Assembly: GCA_010093605.1 (NCBI GenBank)
Contig: MU004184.1
Coordinates: 878,801-942,800, forward strand
DNA: 64,000 bases
Direction: 5' to 3'
Origin: Lophium mytilinum
Taxonomy: Eukaryota
Shown here piece after piece: positions 40,430 through 52,752 of the stretch; position 1 is the first letter of the stretch, and every line of letters starts with the position of its first letter. The translations under genes were made by a program, and so were the position numbers. The notes beneath the pieces were generated by a model that made no database searches, was not told the DNA's origin, and saw only the letters and a program-made list of their open reading frames with translations.

Positions 40430-41646
40430 GTTAGCGTGTGGTGAGACTTACCTAGTTCCTGGAAGTGTAGAGCGAGAGAGATCCTAGATTCGAGCTCCTA
40501 TTCAGAATCCTATCTTTATGTTCAACAAGAATCCAGAAGATTGAGTACGTTTGAGGTGTGTGTGACCACAAATAGTGGCGAGTGCGTTTTGAGTACGCAT
40601 AATTTAGGAGAACGCTTTGCGTGTAAGGATGCTGGAATGAAGTGAAATGCAATCGAGAAGGATGAAAGGTGCGAGAGCACGGAGATATTACGGCCTGGTC
40701 TTGTAAAAAGGTGAGTCAAATACGACTATATATCTGCTTTTATTCTCTGTACCTCCATCAACGAAAGTTGAGGACTCTGGTCCAATGGCCCTGGCAGCAT
40801 CGGCGAATAAAAAGTTCTTCCAAGGGCTTTTCCCTGCACAGCTTACTTCGGTAAGCCATAGGTTTTTGCTCCCTAAGAGCCCTAGGGCCGAGACCTACGG
40901 AGATTCTTTCCTTTTGTACCTCTTTAATGTTTTTTGCATTTTCTGATGATAGCGTATGTGACTGAAGAAGTGGTTGATAATTTATCCCTTGGCCCGTCGC
41001 ATTTGGCTCCACTAAATCGATAAGAATACAACCAATAGGAAGCTTCCAGTAATGAGAGCTGCAGCGAAAGACTTGAGCAACACATGCCCTCTAGACTTTT
41101 CATACAATGACCTAGTACCGCATGGGGTTCTGTAGTATATTATAAGAGATCAGAAAAGGACAGTTTAACAAGACTGAGAACCTTGCGGGCCACCTCAAAC
41201 AGTGTCAAACTGTCCCTTTACACAGTGTCTTCAACAGAAAGTCCGAGCGTTGCGCGACGACGGGCCAAGGGATAGCGAGCATCCTCTACATCCTTTGCAT
41301 CTCTTCATTTCTACGGTCGTGCCTGACCTCCTGCCGATTCCCCAGAAGTACTATTGCATCTGGGAGGAACTTACTCGCTGACACTTCCTCTCTCTGTTGA
41401 AGGCGTTTGATACTCAATTGCCACTACCAGGAGTGCCCCCGTGGGGAGACCAGAACGGAGGCGTCATGTCAAGTTTTGGATTGCGTGAACCAAGCCTCCT
41501 CTTGACCAAGAGAATCCTCGCGACAGGGCCGCCCCTGACAGTTGTGTCCCGGTTACAAAAGCGGCAGAGTGACAGGGTGATCTTCCACAGAGGAAGAGAG
41601 ATGGGCGCTAGGATGTTGAGAAAAGAGGAGAATATTACCAATCAAC

Positions 41647-43059
41647 CTACACTAAGATACCGCTTCCACACTCATAGCGTCTTTCTAAAACGCCTTGCCT
41701 AAGCGTGGATCCAGTCTCTCGACGTTCAACAGGCCAGTACGGTGTCCCTACCTGATAATCGTACCACCCCATAACCCTAGCCTGGGACCGCCATTCTTCC
41801 AAAGTACAAGGGATCGGACACCTAGTCCACTGGATCAACTCCTGGTCAACTTCGAGCGCCTGGCGTATCTTCTTCTCCCGGTAGGAATGTCTAACCCGCT
41901 GCTGGCGCTCCAGCTCGTCCAGGTAAACGTTCATCCCATCCGGCCCATCCCAGCGGCCTACAAACGCCCATTCCACCAGCCGGCGAAGATCCCAGAAAAA
42001 GATCCCTGCATCCTGGAAGAAATTACAAAATTGCGATCTAGTAAGGTCATGTTGAGCCCGCACAGCGTCGAAATACGTCCACCCAGGGGCGGGAGAACTG
42101 CCATCAGGCCAGTCTGACCACACACGAGCTGTGTGACGGTGGAATATTTGCGGTGATGCCCAGAAGCTGGAGCGGGGTTGGGAGTGACGGCTGACTTTCT
42201 TGAGACTTTGCATGAACGGTTCGAGGATATACCCGAAAGACGAATATCGGGGTGGGAAGAAGCACTGGTGTCCCCCGCACGCACGTGACCATGGGTTGCT
42301 CGTGGTGCGCTCTTCTTCCGTGAGGTATTTGAGAGAGCCTACCTGAAATATTCCGTGGCAGAGATGGTCGTGTCTAGCTATCAGAAAGCGGTGGACGCAT
42401 ATAAGTTCGTCAACCTCTGATAGTGATAGGCGAAGGAAGAACCGGCGGGTGACTTCCGCACATGCAGCTCTTCGCTGCACCAACCCGCTGGTAAAAGGCT
42501 TCGCTGGATCCTCTTCGGGATACGGTCGATTGAAGAGCCGCAAGGACCAGAGTGCCCGAGATAATCGGAGATGTTCCGGAGTCGATAGAACGAGAGGCTC
42601 TAATATAGCCCCCGGATTGTTGATGGCACCGACCTGCTGATAGGCCGCGGCTGCTACCAGGTGAACGGCTTGGTCAATCTCCTTTTGGTTGGCACGAAGC
42701 TCTTCAAGGACCGCGAGGGGATCGTTGGCCGCACACAAAACGCGTCGCGACTTATCCGCATCTAGGCTATCCGCAAGAAACACGCCCAGGTTGTCGAAAG
42801 GGAGCTTCTTAGTGCCATTGATAGTCAACGCAGTGAGGATATGGTTTTGGATTTGCAGAGGGCACTGACCTATCGTGTCATGCAATATAGCCTCTGGGTA
42901 TTTGAGAAACAAATCTTCAATAAGAGGACTGGCGTTGATGAAGTCGCAGAGAGATTGGAAGTCCATGGACCCAAGAACTGAGAGCTGTAGGTCGAATGGT
43001 AGGCGTAGAAACGGGAATGAGCGACGAGCATGTTTATTGCGTCTGGAACGGCGAGCCAT
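41647..43059 (-). CDS. Hypothetical protein with N-terminal F-box-like motif
   Basis: Intronless ~470-aa ORF with FPFLRLPFDLQLSVLGSMDFQSLCDFINASP. Confidence 0.65.
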   Translation of the reverse strand: MARRSRRNKHARRSFPFLRLPFDLQLSVLGSMDFQSLCDFINASPLIEDLFLKYPEAILHDTIGQCPLQIQNHILTALTINGTKKLPFDNLGVFLADSLDADKSRRVLCAANDPLAVLEELRANQKEIDQAVHLVAAAAYQQVGAINNPGAILEPLVLSTPEHLRLSRALWSLRLFNRPYPEEDPAKPFTSGLVQRRAACAEVTRRFFLRLSLSEVDELICVHRFLIARHDHLCHGIFQVGSLKYLTEEERTTSNPWSRACGGHQCFFPPRYSSFGYILEPFMQSLKKVSRHSQPRSSFWASPQIFHRHTARVWSDWPDGSSPAPGWTYFDAVRAQHDLTRSQFCNFFQDAGIFFWDLRRLVEWAFVGRWDGPDGMNVYLDELERQQRVRHSYREKKIRQALEVDQELIQWTRCPIPCTLEEWRSQARVMGWYDYQVGTPYWPVERRETGSTLRQGVLERRYECGSGILV

Positions 43060-43220
43060 AATGAGCAACAATGCTTGAATTTTTTAGTTACTTAAAGATC
43101 TGTAGGAAGTTGATACTGGGTGAGTGATGAAGAGAGGGGCAAGTTTGAGATGTTGCAGCCTGGAGCTTCTTCGAAATCGCTAGTATCGTCCGTGCACGTT
43201 TTCACAGTCTACGAAGTAAG

Positions 43221-43323
43221 CTGCACTGCTCGGAGCTTGACACCGCCCTCGAGTCTTCGAAACCCTGTGGGGGTACCCCAAGCAGTGGCGTACCAGTATG
43301 CCCAGACTTGTGGCCTGTCACTG
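43221..43323 (+). mobile_element. Right-end fragment of the Tc1-like MITE family
   Basis: Ungapped alignment to 9517-9619, including 17/17 GGTACCCCAAGCAGTGG and 20/22 AGACTTRTGGCCTGTSACTGTA. Ends ACTG|TA. Confidence 0.7.
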
Positions 43324-44373
43324 TACATCTTTCCATCGAGCTCATCCAAGAAAGACGTTTCGGAACAGCAGCATATGCCCATACCTCCCTCATTTTCTGA
43401 AACTGAGTATCCGCAGTGTCTGGGCAAGCAACCAATCACGCTAGGCAGGAATAAAGAGGCACACTACAGCAGGTCAACACTGTATGAGGTGGCCCAAAGA
43501 GCTATTAGGCTTGCCAAAGCAGGCATTTTATAAACAGCAATAGCATACTAGCGGACCTTAAGCGGTGCTAAACAAGCATATATAGTATATAAATAGAATA
43601 GTATATATATATATGTACCTTATAGATTTATATACTGCTACTCTCTAGGGTTAATAAATTACCACGCTGCCTTTTAGATGCACCTGCTTACCACTGCTTG
43701 AAGTGTTCTAATGAGTTTCTATAGATCCCAGAAGGAAGAACTTCTATCTTTTTTGAATTCCTGAAAATGTATCAAAGCACTCCAAGCGGTGGCATACACA
43801 CCTGCGTAGAATAGAGTGCCACCTTTTTCAAGCTCCGCGTGCTAACGTCTGTTCACTAGTAGTTAGATCTATCTTGTGCTGTTAGAGACAAAAGGGCTTA
43901 GCATCGTAAAAATTGCTCGATGCAGTATAGTCATTTTTCGCAGGTATGCAACCATCTTCGGAATTTACTCCTTTTACTCCGCAGATCGACTTCTGAATAC
44001 CTTCTCACCATCCAATCGCCATTTCTTCCAATTCAATCGGGCAACACTACAGTAGTTGGATATGAGCCAATCAGCGCCTGATGTCAGGAACTAGTTCGAA
44101 AGGTCAGAAAATAGGTCGAGATGTCAGCTCATAGCTCATACGCTCCATTTCTCGAGCTCGGGGGCGCTTCTGATGCGGCGCAAAGCTGCACTACGTCTGC
44201 CACAATATTCTGATTGCAAATACAAATATCCGTGTCTCATTCAAAAATCAACATAAAAACTTCAGACACTGCCACTTCTCTTTCACACAATCTCACTCTC
44301 ATAACCACCACCTTCCCCCTCCCATCTCAAGCCTCAAATAACCCCAATTCAACCCAGCCCACCCCTCTCCAAA

Positions 44374-45553
44374 ATGTCCACCCCTCCCACCACCAACCTC
44401 GCCTGGATCATCCCACCCCCCTCGTCACCCCAATCCCTCTCCCTCACCCTCTCCTCCCCCCTCCCCAAACCCACCCCGGGCCCCCACCAAATCCTCCTCC
44501 GCATCACCGCCATCTCCCTCAACTACCGCGACCTCATGGTCGCCACCCACGCCTACCCCCTCCCCGCGAAACCCTCCCTAATCCCAGGCCTCGACGGCGC
44601 CGGCGTCATCGAAGCCACGGGCCCCGACTCCGCCTGGGCCGCCGGCGACGCCGTCCTCGTCTTCTCCAGCACCTGGTACGCCGGCGGCTTCGAGAACCTA
44701 GACTTTATGACTATCTTGGGCAGCGGCGACATGGACGGCACGCTGCAGCGCTACATGGTGCTCGACGACGCGCGCGCGGTAAGGGCGCCGCGCAACCTAA
44801 GCGGCGTGGAGGCGGCGACGCTGGGCACGGCGGGCGCGACGGTTGTTAATGCGCTGTTGTGGGGCCCGGCGAGGGTGCGGAAGGGGGATGTGGTGCTGAC
44901 GCTGGGGACGGGGGGTGTGAGCTGTTTTGGGATTCAGGTGAGTGGATGTCGTGGGCTGCTAGTCCAGAGGGGCGGCGGTAGAGTTGGTCTAATAAGGCGT
45001 TGTAGATTGCGTCTGCGCTCGGCGCTACGGTGATCGCGACGAGTTCATCGGATGAGAAGTTGGAGGTTGCAAAGAAATTGGGAGCGGCACATGTGGTGAA
45101 TTATAAGAAGACGCCGGAGTGGGATGTTGAGGTCTTGCGGCTCACGAATGGGAGGGGAGTGGATCAAGTGTTGGAGGTTGGGGGCGCGCAGACGATCGTG
45201 AAGTCGCTGAAGAGCACGCGGGCCGGGGGGCTGGTGACGGTGATTGGGGCCTTGAGCGAGGGTAGTCCGGTGGATATATTGCCGTTGATATTGATGGGGG
45301 CGAAGACTGGTGAGTGCGCGATCGCGGTCGAGACCTTTGAGTATGGACTTTGAGTAAGTAGGCTAATCGTTTTGCAGTTCGTGGCTCGATGGCAATGAGC
45401 AAGGACATGGTGGAGGAATTGGTGAAAATTGTGGAGGAGTTCGACATTCATCCTGTGGTTTCGAAGGCGTTTGAGTTTGATGAGGCTGTGAAGGCGTATG
45501 AGGCGCTTAGGGAGCAGAAGGATATTGGAAAGATTGTTGTCAAGGGGGCTTGA
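44374..45553 (+). CDS. Medium-chain dehydrogenase/reductase (zinc-type ADH-like / quinone oxidoreductase)
   Basis: AISLNYRD, IPGLDGAG, EAATLGTAGAT, LGTGGVS, IATSSSDEKL, GKIVV. Introns ~44938-45005 and 45310-45377. Confidence 0.9.
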
Positions 45554-45778
45554 GGGAAACATTACTTGGATCCGGAGAGATGAAGACTTCAAGGCCGAGT
45601 CAATTAGAAAGCCATTAGAAACTATGATTCTCATTGATAGAGAGATTGCTGCTACTTAAAGTAACCGCAAACTTTCAGGCCAGGCAGATTGCCATGGGCA
45701 TTGCTGCTGTTGGCAGACTTCGCTCAACTTCAGTCCCATAGTGTACAAAACACAGCAAGAAGCCCCATCATCCGCCTC

Positions 45779-48199
45779 TCACCACGAGGCACCTCCCTTA
45801 CCTCCGAAGCCACCGCTATCTTCAACTTTCTTCATCCCTCCCCTCTTCTGCTGAGCCGCCTCATGCTTCCGCAGTTCCTCTGGCACTCTCGAAATCTGCG
45901 ACTTCATAAGCATCTGCTTAAGGTCGTACATGACATCTCCATCCTCATTGCCCAAGAACGTAATCGCCACACCGCTCTTGCCCGCTCGTCCCGTACGACC
46001 AACACGATGCGTATAGCTCTCGATGTTATTGGCCATATTGAAATTGACCACCAGGCTGACGTCCGGCACATCGATACCTCTACCCGCGACATCGGTAGCC
46101 ACAAGAATATCAGCCTGTCCCTTTCGTATGCTTTCGAGCGCGGCCTCTCGCTGGTCCTGCGTCTTCGAGCCGTGCAGCGTGGCGCAGCTGAAGCCCATTT
46201 GCTTGACGTCACGAGCGACGGCGTCGCAGTTGCGCTTGATGTTGACGAAGACGATGATGGGGGCGGCGAATTCGCCGGAGCTGAGGATCTCTTGAAGACG
46301 CTTCTTGCGCTTGTCTTCGCCCGAGACAAACTCGACACGCTGCTCGACTGTTTCCACGGCCTCGCCAACGTTACCGATAGTGACGATAGCGGGGCGGCGG
46401 AGATATTTTCGGGCGATACGTTCGATGGCGGGCGGCATGGTTGCCGTGTACATCATTGTCTGGCGGTAACGGTCTTTACCACCAAGGTGGCGGGACATGG
46501 CGACGGCGTTCTCAGCATCGTCGTTATCGGGTTTTTCGTTGCCGACAGGGAGGGCTTCGAGGATTTTGTTGACGGATTCTTCAAAGCCAAGATCGACCAT
46601 GCGATCCGCTTCGTCCATGATGATATAGCAGCACTGGCCCAGGACCAAAACGCGGCGCTCGATGCAGTCGACTAGACGGCCAGGGGTCGCAATAATGATC
46701 TCGGCACCGTCCCGCATGTTGTACGCTTGTTCTTCAATGGAGTGACCACCAACGAGACTGACGCAAGTGAATCCGAGAGGAGTTGCAAATTTCTTCGCTT
46801 CAATCTCGATTTGCTGCGCCAATTCACGAGTTGGTGCCAGGATGATAGCGTACGGACCGTCAGCCTTCGTCATCTCGTTCAGCGGTGGGAGGTCTGAGAT
46901 GTAAACTAGGAGAGGTAGCAGGAAGGCAGCCGTTTTACCAGAACCAGTGACGGCAACACCAATTAGATCTCGAGACTGCAAGGCAATCGGAATAGCTGCA
47001 CGCTGAACCGCGGATGGTTCCAGGTAGCCAGCTTCATCGACCACATCAAGCAACCGCTTCGGAAGGTTTGACTCGGACCATGAGCGCATAGGATTCGGGA
47101 TTGAGCCACCTTTAGTACTGATGTTGAAGTCTTCCTTGAAGATACGCCAGTCCCTCTCGCGCATTTGGTCCAGTCTCTTCTCGCTCCAGTGCTTGTCCAG
47201 TCCATTTCGGGTTCCCTCCTCTTTCCTTCGGCGCTCCATCTCTGCCATCGCCTGTACACGAGCATCGCCAGTCTCACGGTCCCGCTGTGCCAGAGCTAGC
47301 GCATACTTCTGCGCACCATGATCTGCGACATCATCGGCAAATCCGCCCAGCCTACCCCGACCGAAGAAGTTCGCCTCGGCCTGAGTCTTGTATAGCTCGT
47401 TGTAGTTCTGGCTCGTGTCCTCCTCAGCGTTCCACTCGAAATTGAACTTCTTCTCGGTAGTCCTCTTGCGCTTCTTCTTGGCCGAGAACGTGGACTGGTT
47501 CTGGTCTGCTCCCATGTATCGTTGCCGGATCAAAGCTGCTTCGTTATCCTCCGGCTTTGGCCTCTTGGTGCCCTTTTCTCCCTTCGGCGGCGGTGGAGGC
47601 GGTGCCATGTCCTGGCCACGGCTATTCCCATTCGAACGCATCGCCGCTGGTCCCGTTGGGATCTCGCCATTCCGCAAGGCACGAGGGCCTGTAGGAACTC
47701 CAGATCTGGATGTCGCGGTATGTGACTGGCCATTGACAATGCCAACCTGCTGGGGGGTGTCCCTGGAAGATTCCGCCTTCCGCTGTGCCTCCTCAGCCTC
47801 TTTCACGCGCTTCTCGAGGGCGAGTTTCTCACGTTGAGCTTTGTTGAGAAACTTAGGCTGCGCATATGTTAGTGAAGCCCAAACTGTGCTAGAGTCTCTG
47901 GTGAACATAGGACCATCAGAGGGGCGACAAGTACTAACCTTAGCAGCAGCCGCGTCGGCCTCCTTCTTCTTCTTGAGGATCTCCTCGATACTGAGAGGCT
48001 CGGCCTTCGGTTTCGCAGCGCCCCATCCTTTCTTCTGCTTGGGTGCGCCAGACTCAGGCGGAGGCGGCGGGAGTTCTGCAGGCGGCGGAGGAGGTGGGAG
48101 TGTCTCCGGCGGAGGTGGCGGTGGTGCAAGCTCCTGGGGGGGTGGAGGCGGCGGCGCAAGCTCCTCTGGGGGAGGCGGTGGTGGTGCGAAGCTCAACAT
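45779..48199 (-). CDS. prp28: Pre-mRNA splicing DEAD-box helicase Prp28
   Basis: KKFNFEWNAEEDTS, MRERDWRIFKEDFNI, AVTGSGKT, PTRELAQQI, MDEADRM, YTAT, HRVGRTGRAG. One in-frame 81-nt intron at 47858-47938. Confidence 0.96.
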   Translation of the reverse strand: MLSFAPPPPPPEELAPPPPPPQELAPPPPPPETLPPPPPPAELPPPPPESGAPKQKKGWGAAKPKAEPLSIEEILKKKKEADAAAAKVSTCRPSDGPMFTRDSSTVWASLTYAQPKFLNKAQREKLALEKRVKEAEEAQRKAESSRDTPQQVGIVNGQSHTATSRSGVPTGPRALRNGEIPTGPAAMRSNGNSRGQDMAPPPPPPKGEKGTKRPKPEDNEAALIRQRYMGADQNQSTFSAKKKRKRTTEKKFNFEWNAEEDTSQNYNELYKTQAEANFFGRGRLGGFADDVADHGAQKYALALAQRDRETGDARVQAMAEMERRRKEEGTRNGLDKHWSEKRLDQMRERDWRIFKEDFNISTKGGSIPNPMRSWSESNLPKRLLDVVDEAGYLEPSAVQRAAIPIALQSRDLIGVAVTGSGKTAAFLLPLLVYISDLPPLNEMTKADGPYAIILAPTRELAQQIEIEAKKFATPLGFTCVSLVGGHSIEEQAYNMRDGAEIIIATPGRLVDCIERRVLVLGQCCYIIMDEADRMVDLGFEESVNKILEALPVGNEKPDNDDAENAVAMSRHLGGKDRYRQTMMYTATMPPAIERIARKYLRRPAIVTIGNVGEAVETVEQRVEFVSGEDKRKKRLQEILSSGEFAAPIIVFVNIKRNCDAVARDVKQMGFSCATLHGSKTQDQREAALESIRKGQADILVATDVAGRGIDVPDVSLVVNFNMANNIESYTHRVGRTGRAGKSGVAITFLGNEDGDVMYDLKQMLMKSQISRVPEELRKHEAAQQKRGGMKKVEDSGGFGGKGGASW
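48050..48187 (-). repeat. Coding tandem repeat, about 27 bp x4-5, encoding PPPPP(E/Q/A)(E/T)L(A/P)
   Basis: N-terminus of Prp28 reads APPPPPPEELAPPPPPPQELAPPPPPPETLPPPPPPAELPPPPP. Confidence 0.85.
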
Positions 48200-48672
48200 T
48201 GCTACTGTGCCGGTGAGTGAGGTTGTGGTGTGTTGTAGAGAAAGTGTAGAGCGAAGGTCGATGTTGCCGCCGCCTCGGAATATTGTACTAGACTGCCAAG
48301 CATTTTAGGGCCGACCAATCAGGCGCCACTGACTCAAAATGGTCCGACATCACTCTATCTCCTTCAACATGGAGATGTAGAAGACTCGAACAGTCTACTC
48401 CATCCTATGTGGTAACTCTCGAACAGAGAATCGGCTCTCCTCTTATGGAAGGAACCATATTTTCGAATTCACCATGGCTCAGCTTCTCACAAACCGTGGT
48501 CGGATGCTTGCGCTCTGATTTTGCGCTCTGATGTCTTTAATATTGAGTATATTATATCCCCCGCGCATAGCAATGCTCTTCATACCTCACAAACTCCGCA
48601 GACACAATCCATCACATAAAGCTTTTGCTTCTTCAAGGCCATTAGAGCTTCTCACCTTCCACCTCAGCTACT

Positions 48673-49545
48673 ATGGCGGATGACAACAGCACTACACCTC
48701 GCACTGGGTCCATGAGGGATGATACACCAGAGCTTCTTCGGGGAGACATCAGCAGAGTCCACCAGGGAATACACCCAGAAACTTCTGGCTCACAAGTTCT
48801 CAAGATTCTCGTTAAACGAGGTCTTTCGCGCGGGAATATCCTCTGGGTTCTTCATTTATACCTTCTTCTCCCCAAGAAGAAAGCTGCCGTAAGTGCCGTA
48901 CCGTTGGACTTCTCAGCCTAACACTAGTCCATCTGCTGACTGATATCACAGGCCGATGCCATCTCCACCATTAACGGCTTGTTAGAGATCCCACGCGATC
49001 TCACATTCCGCCAAGACGACTTTTGGATACACACGGATAAGGATACGAACATGATCCCCTTTTCGTTCATCGGTTTTGCTTATGCCCAGAACCACGAGTA
49101 CTACATCCGCAGCTCCGAAGCCACCCACCAAAACCCCCTAAACTCGATCGCCATCAAACTTGTCCATCTCGGAGACAGCGACATCGAGTTCGAGCACTGT
49201 CTGAACATGCATCTAAAAGGACTCGTTACCAACATACCCGCTCTCACAGAAATCCAACTGATCGCTCCGGAATGCTACTCGCAGGCCGAAAGTACTACGG
49301 GAATGAGCAGTACGTGTCCAGGATGTAGACAGCAATACGACACCCTAGAGCAGCGAACCCGGGCCTTTAAGCAAAAGCATGGGAACATGGTGACTATAGA
49401 GGAAGCTAACGGCGTTTTAAGGTGTGTTTGGACCTGTAGAGTTGCCGGGGATCAGGGGGAGGAGAGGAAGGTGACGTTGCGGTTTGGGTATCACGGCGAG
49501 GTTCCTTGTCGTGCTTGGATGCACTACTTTCGAGAGTGCACCTGA
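48673..49545 (+). CDS. Hypothetical protein, two exons
   Basis: ORFs 48673-48921 and 48979-49545 join in frame via a GTAAGT..GCTGAC..CAG intron at 48889-48951. No recognisable domain. Confidence 0.6.
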
Positions 49546-50235
49546 AGACTACTGAGGAAGATTAGTGCCGAGGCCTCTAAGTGATTGAAACCGACAATGC
49601 GAGGTTGAAGACTCATAATCGAGTCTCGACGGTGGTATGTATGTTCTCTCGCCGTAGATCCATGGGTACTCGTTGGTGACTTCTTGGAGCACCACCTCGA
49701 CCCACTTTCAAAAAGAGGGAGATCATGTTCGGATAACCAGCAGCATCTGGAGGGTTGGCCGTATGCGGCTGGTCCAAAAGGTCTTTCTTGGATGTGGACC
49801 TCTCCTGCGCTTTAGTCTTGAACATCAGCTAGCAACAATTAACACTGGGGAAACTGAGAAAAGGGGACTGACAATTTAAGGATATAGGAGGTATTTTTGA
49901 CAATGATGTGCGCTGAGAGCACACGAGGGGGGGATATGGTGTGCATCTAGACGAGAAACAAACTGTCCAAATAGCTATTCTTCCCACAAAAGCTCAGCAA
50001 CAGCATGCTCTTGTTATAACAGTGTAGCAATGCCTCGTTCTCGTTAGTCTATCGAACCTAATGAAGTCCTAACCCCTGCATTAGCCTCAGCCTTACCAAT
50101 GCACAACCTCGCTCATTCCGCCATCGACTCATCGCTTCATGAAAAGACATACACGCATCCAACCCACAGCACTACCAATACTCCTACAAACACCAAACCG
50201 CCCTCCTCTCAATCAATCTCCTAACCCCCAATCCC

Positions 50236-52752
50236 TCACTCATCCTCCGCCTCAACCCTAACAAGCACCTCCTCCAAAAATCCCTCCAAAAACCCCACCA
50301 CCTCGCCCCCCATTCCCACGGGCGCCGCCTCATCCCACGCATCAATCTCGCGCATCACCCGCGCCGCCTTCGCAACCAGCCTCTTCACGCTCTCATGCGC
50401 CTCGGCCCGCTTCCGCGCCAGCTTCTCCTCCCGCTCGCCTAGCACGCCACGCTGCTCGCGCTCCGCTTCCTTCTTGACCTGCTGGCTCAAGTTCCACGTC
50501 CGCCGAGCGAGCGCGGCTTCGAGCGCGGGGATGACGACGCCGTTGAGCGCCGTGATCTCGGGACTCGCGCTCGAGGTTGTGCTGGTACTTTCGCGGCTGT
50601 TGGGGTTGGCGGTGAGGATGGAGTTGCGGGCCGAGGCGTCGGCGCGTTGCTGGGGCGTACCCATGCTTTTGATGCGGTTGGAGCCGCCCGAGAGGCGCAT
50701 GCGGGGGCCGCGGTTGGGAGTCTCTAGACTCAGCTCGATGCCGGGCGGGTTGAGACTACTTCGCGGCGATGACAGCCGCGAGGGGGATTGGAGTTGTGCT
50801 GGGAGTAGGGGTAGGATAGGGAGCTGATGATGTGGTGGAACCGGTGGTTGCTGTGATGTAGAGCTGCTATCCGCGTCTCGCCCCATTGCACCGTGGAAGT
50901 TTAGTCCAGGGGGCGGAGGCGGCGAGAAAGTGGGAAGAGGTTGCTGTCCTACGACTGGTAGTGGTTTTTCTGATGCCTTGACCGCAGTCTGCGCACTGGA
51001 GCCAGTGTTCGCGGCGTCGGTCCGAGAATTGCGGCTTTGGCCCTTGAAGGGCGGTATTGGCGGCAGACTGAATGGGCTAGAGAGCAGACTTGACTTTGGC
51101 TTTTGCCTCTCTGCAGTCTGTGGCGCGACAGGTGAGTTGATATCCAGCGATGCCATGTCCGCCGCTATGGCTTGCTGAATGTAGTCGTCAAACTCCAAAT
51201 TCAGGGGGTTGCTAGAATGTGATGGTGGCAGCGGTTTCTGTGGCGTCTGCGGACTGAAAACTTGTGAAGTACGAGGAGGCGAGTGTTGTGGTGGTAGAGG
51301 GGGATTGCGTTTCTTCTCCGGGGAAAGAGGCAGAAGTATCCTCGCTGCTCCGCCAGGCGATACTGGTATTGTGGGGGTAAGTGCTAGCCTCTTGGTCGGA
51401 GATGGTGGCAGTTGCGGTGGACTCGATGCCCGTATGGTGCCTGTCGGTGTAAACGCGTTCTCAGCTCCTATGTCGGATTCGACCGGTTTCCGGGTTGGTG
51501 ACTGCTGAGGCAGAGGATCTGACGAGTAAGGCTTCCGCGTATTTTGAGCTGCCTCGTTCATGGATGTTAGTGGTCTATGGGCGGCTGGCCGAACGGTGCC
51601 GAAGTCCCAGAGGTCATCCTGGGCAGGAGTTCGCCTTTGAGGGGCATTCTGCTCTAGCTCATCCTCCTCTTCCTCGGCTGAGTCTTTGCCATGCCGCGCA
51701 TACCACCTCTCGTTCCGCTCAATCAACTCCGTGAGATAGGTATTCTTCTTTGCTTTGCGAATGAATGGATGTTTCAGGAGCTCCTTCGCGGACGGCCGCT
51801 CTCGTGGTTCCTTCTTCAAGCACGCCTCGACGAAGTCTTTGAAAGGCTTGCTAAAGTTGCCCTCTAACGCTGGGGGAGGATTCTTCGGGATGAGAAAAAG
51901 CACCTTCATAGGATGAATATCCGAATATGGCGGTTCGCCCATTGCAAGTTCCAGCGCCGTGATACCAAGTGACCAGATATCTGCCTTATGATCATAGCCA
52001 GACTGCTTGATGACCTCTGGCGCCATCCAAAAAGGTGTCCCCACAAACGTGTTTTTCTTCGTCATGGTAGCGGAGAGCTGGCCCGAGACGCCGAAATCCG
52101 CGAGTTTGACCTGGCCATTGGAGCCCAGGAGGATATTCGCCGCTGTTCGGATTAGTAATGTATCCCTATACAGAGTCTGCAGCTTGTGAACATACCCTTT
52201 ATATCCCGATGCAGCTTGTTGTCAGCATGCAGATACTCCAGCCCCATCAGCAACTCCCTCAATATGATAGTAATGTACTCCTCCGGTATAACCCCCGGCT
52301 TCAACAAATCCCCACAGCTCCCACCAGAGCAGAACTCCATGATGATCCACAGGTCCGACCCTTTCAGAAACGAGCCGAAGTACTTTGTGACGTATGGGGA
52401 GTGGAGTTCGGAGAGGATGGAGATTTCCTGAATGATGTCGTCGACTTCGTCTTCGGCATTTTCGACGTCGATGACTTTGATGGCGACGGAGGCGCCGGTG
52501 CGTTTGTCTACTCTGTTGTGTGTTAGTTTCTGTACAAAAACGAAGCATATCATTCCCACGAATGCGGGGCTTCTAGGTACTGTCTGGAAGTGGAACAGCA
52601 GCAGACTTACCCTTTGTAAACCTTTCCGAAGCTCCCACCACCTATATACAACTGTCAGTCTCTTTCCTTCTTTATAATGCTTCCCCTAGGCATTTCTTAC
52701 CAATACACGCTTGCTTCGTATACAACATCTCCGGGTCCACCGCTCCATCCAT
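50236..52752 (-). CDS. Ste20-like germinal-centre kinase (GCK-III, MST3/STK24-like)
   Basis: [71 protein letters not shown], Pro-rich tail, C-terminal [14 protein letters not shown]. Confidence 0.92.

Noticed and set aside
40758..41012. Short minus-strand ORF as a possible gene relic
   Set aside because: Non-ATG start and no recognisable motif.
45689..46675. 328-aa + strand ORF
   Set aside because: Antisense shadow of the conserved prp28 helicase core with no protein-like features of its own.
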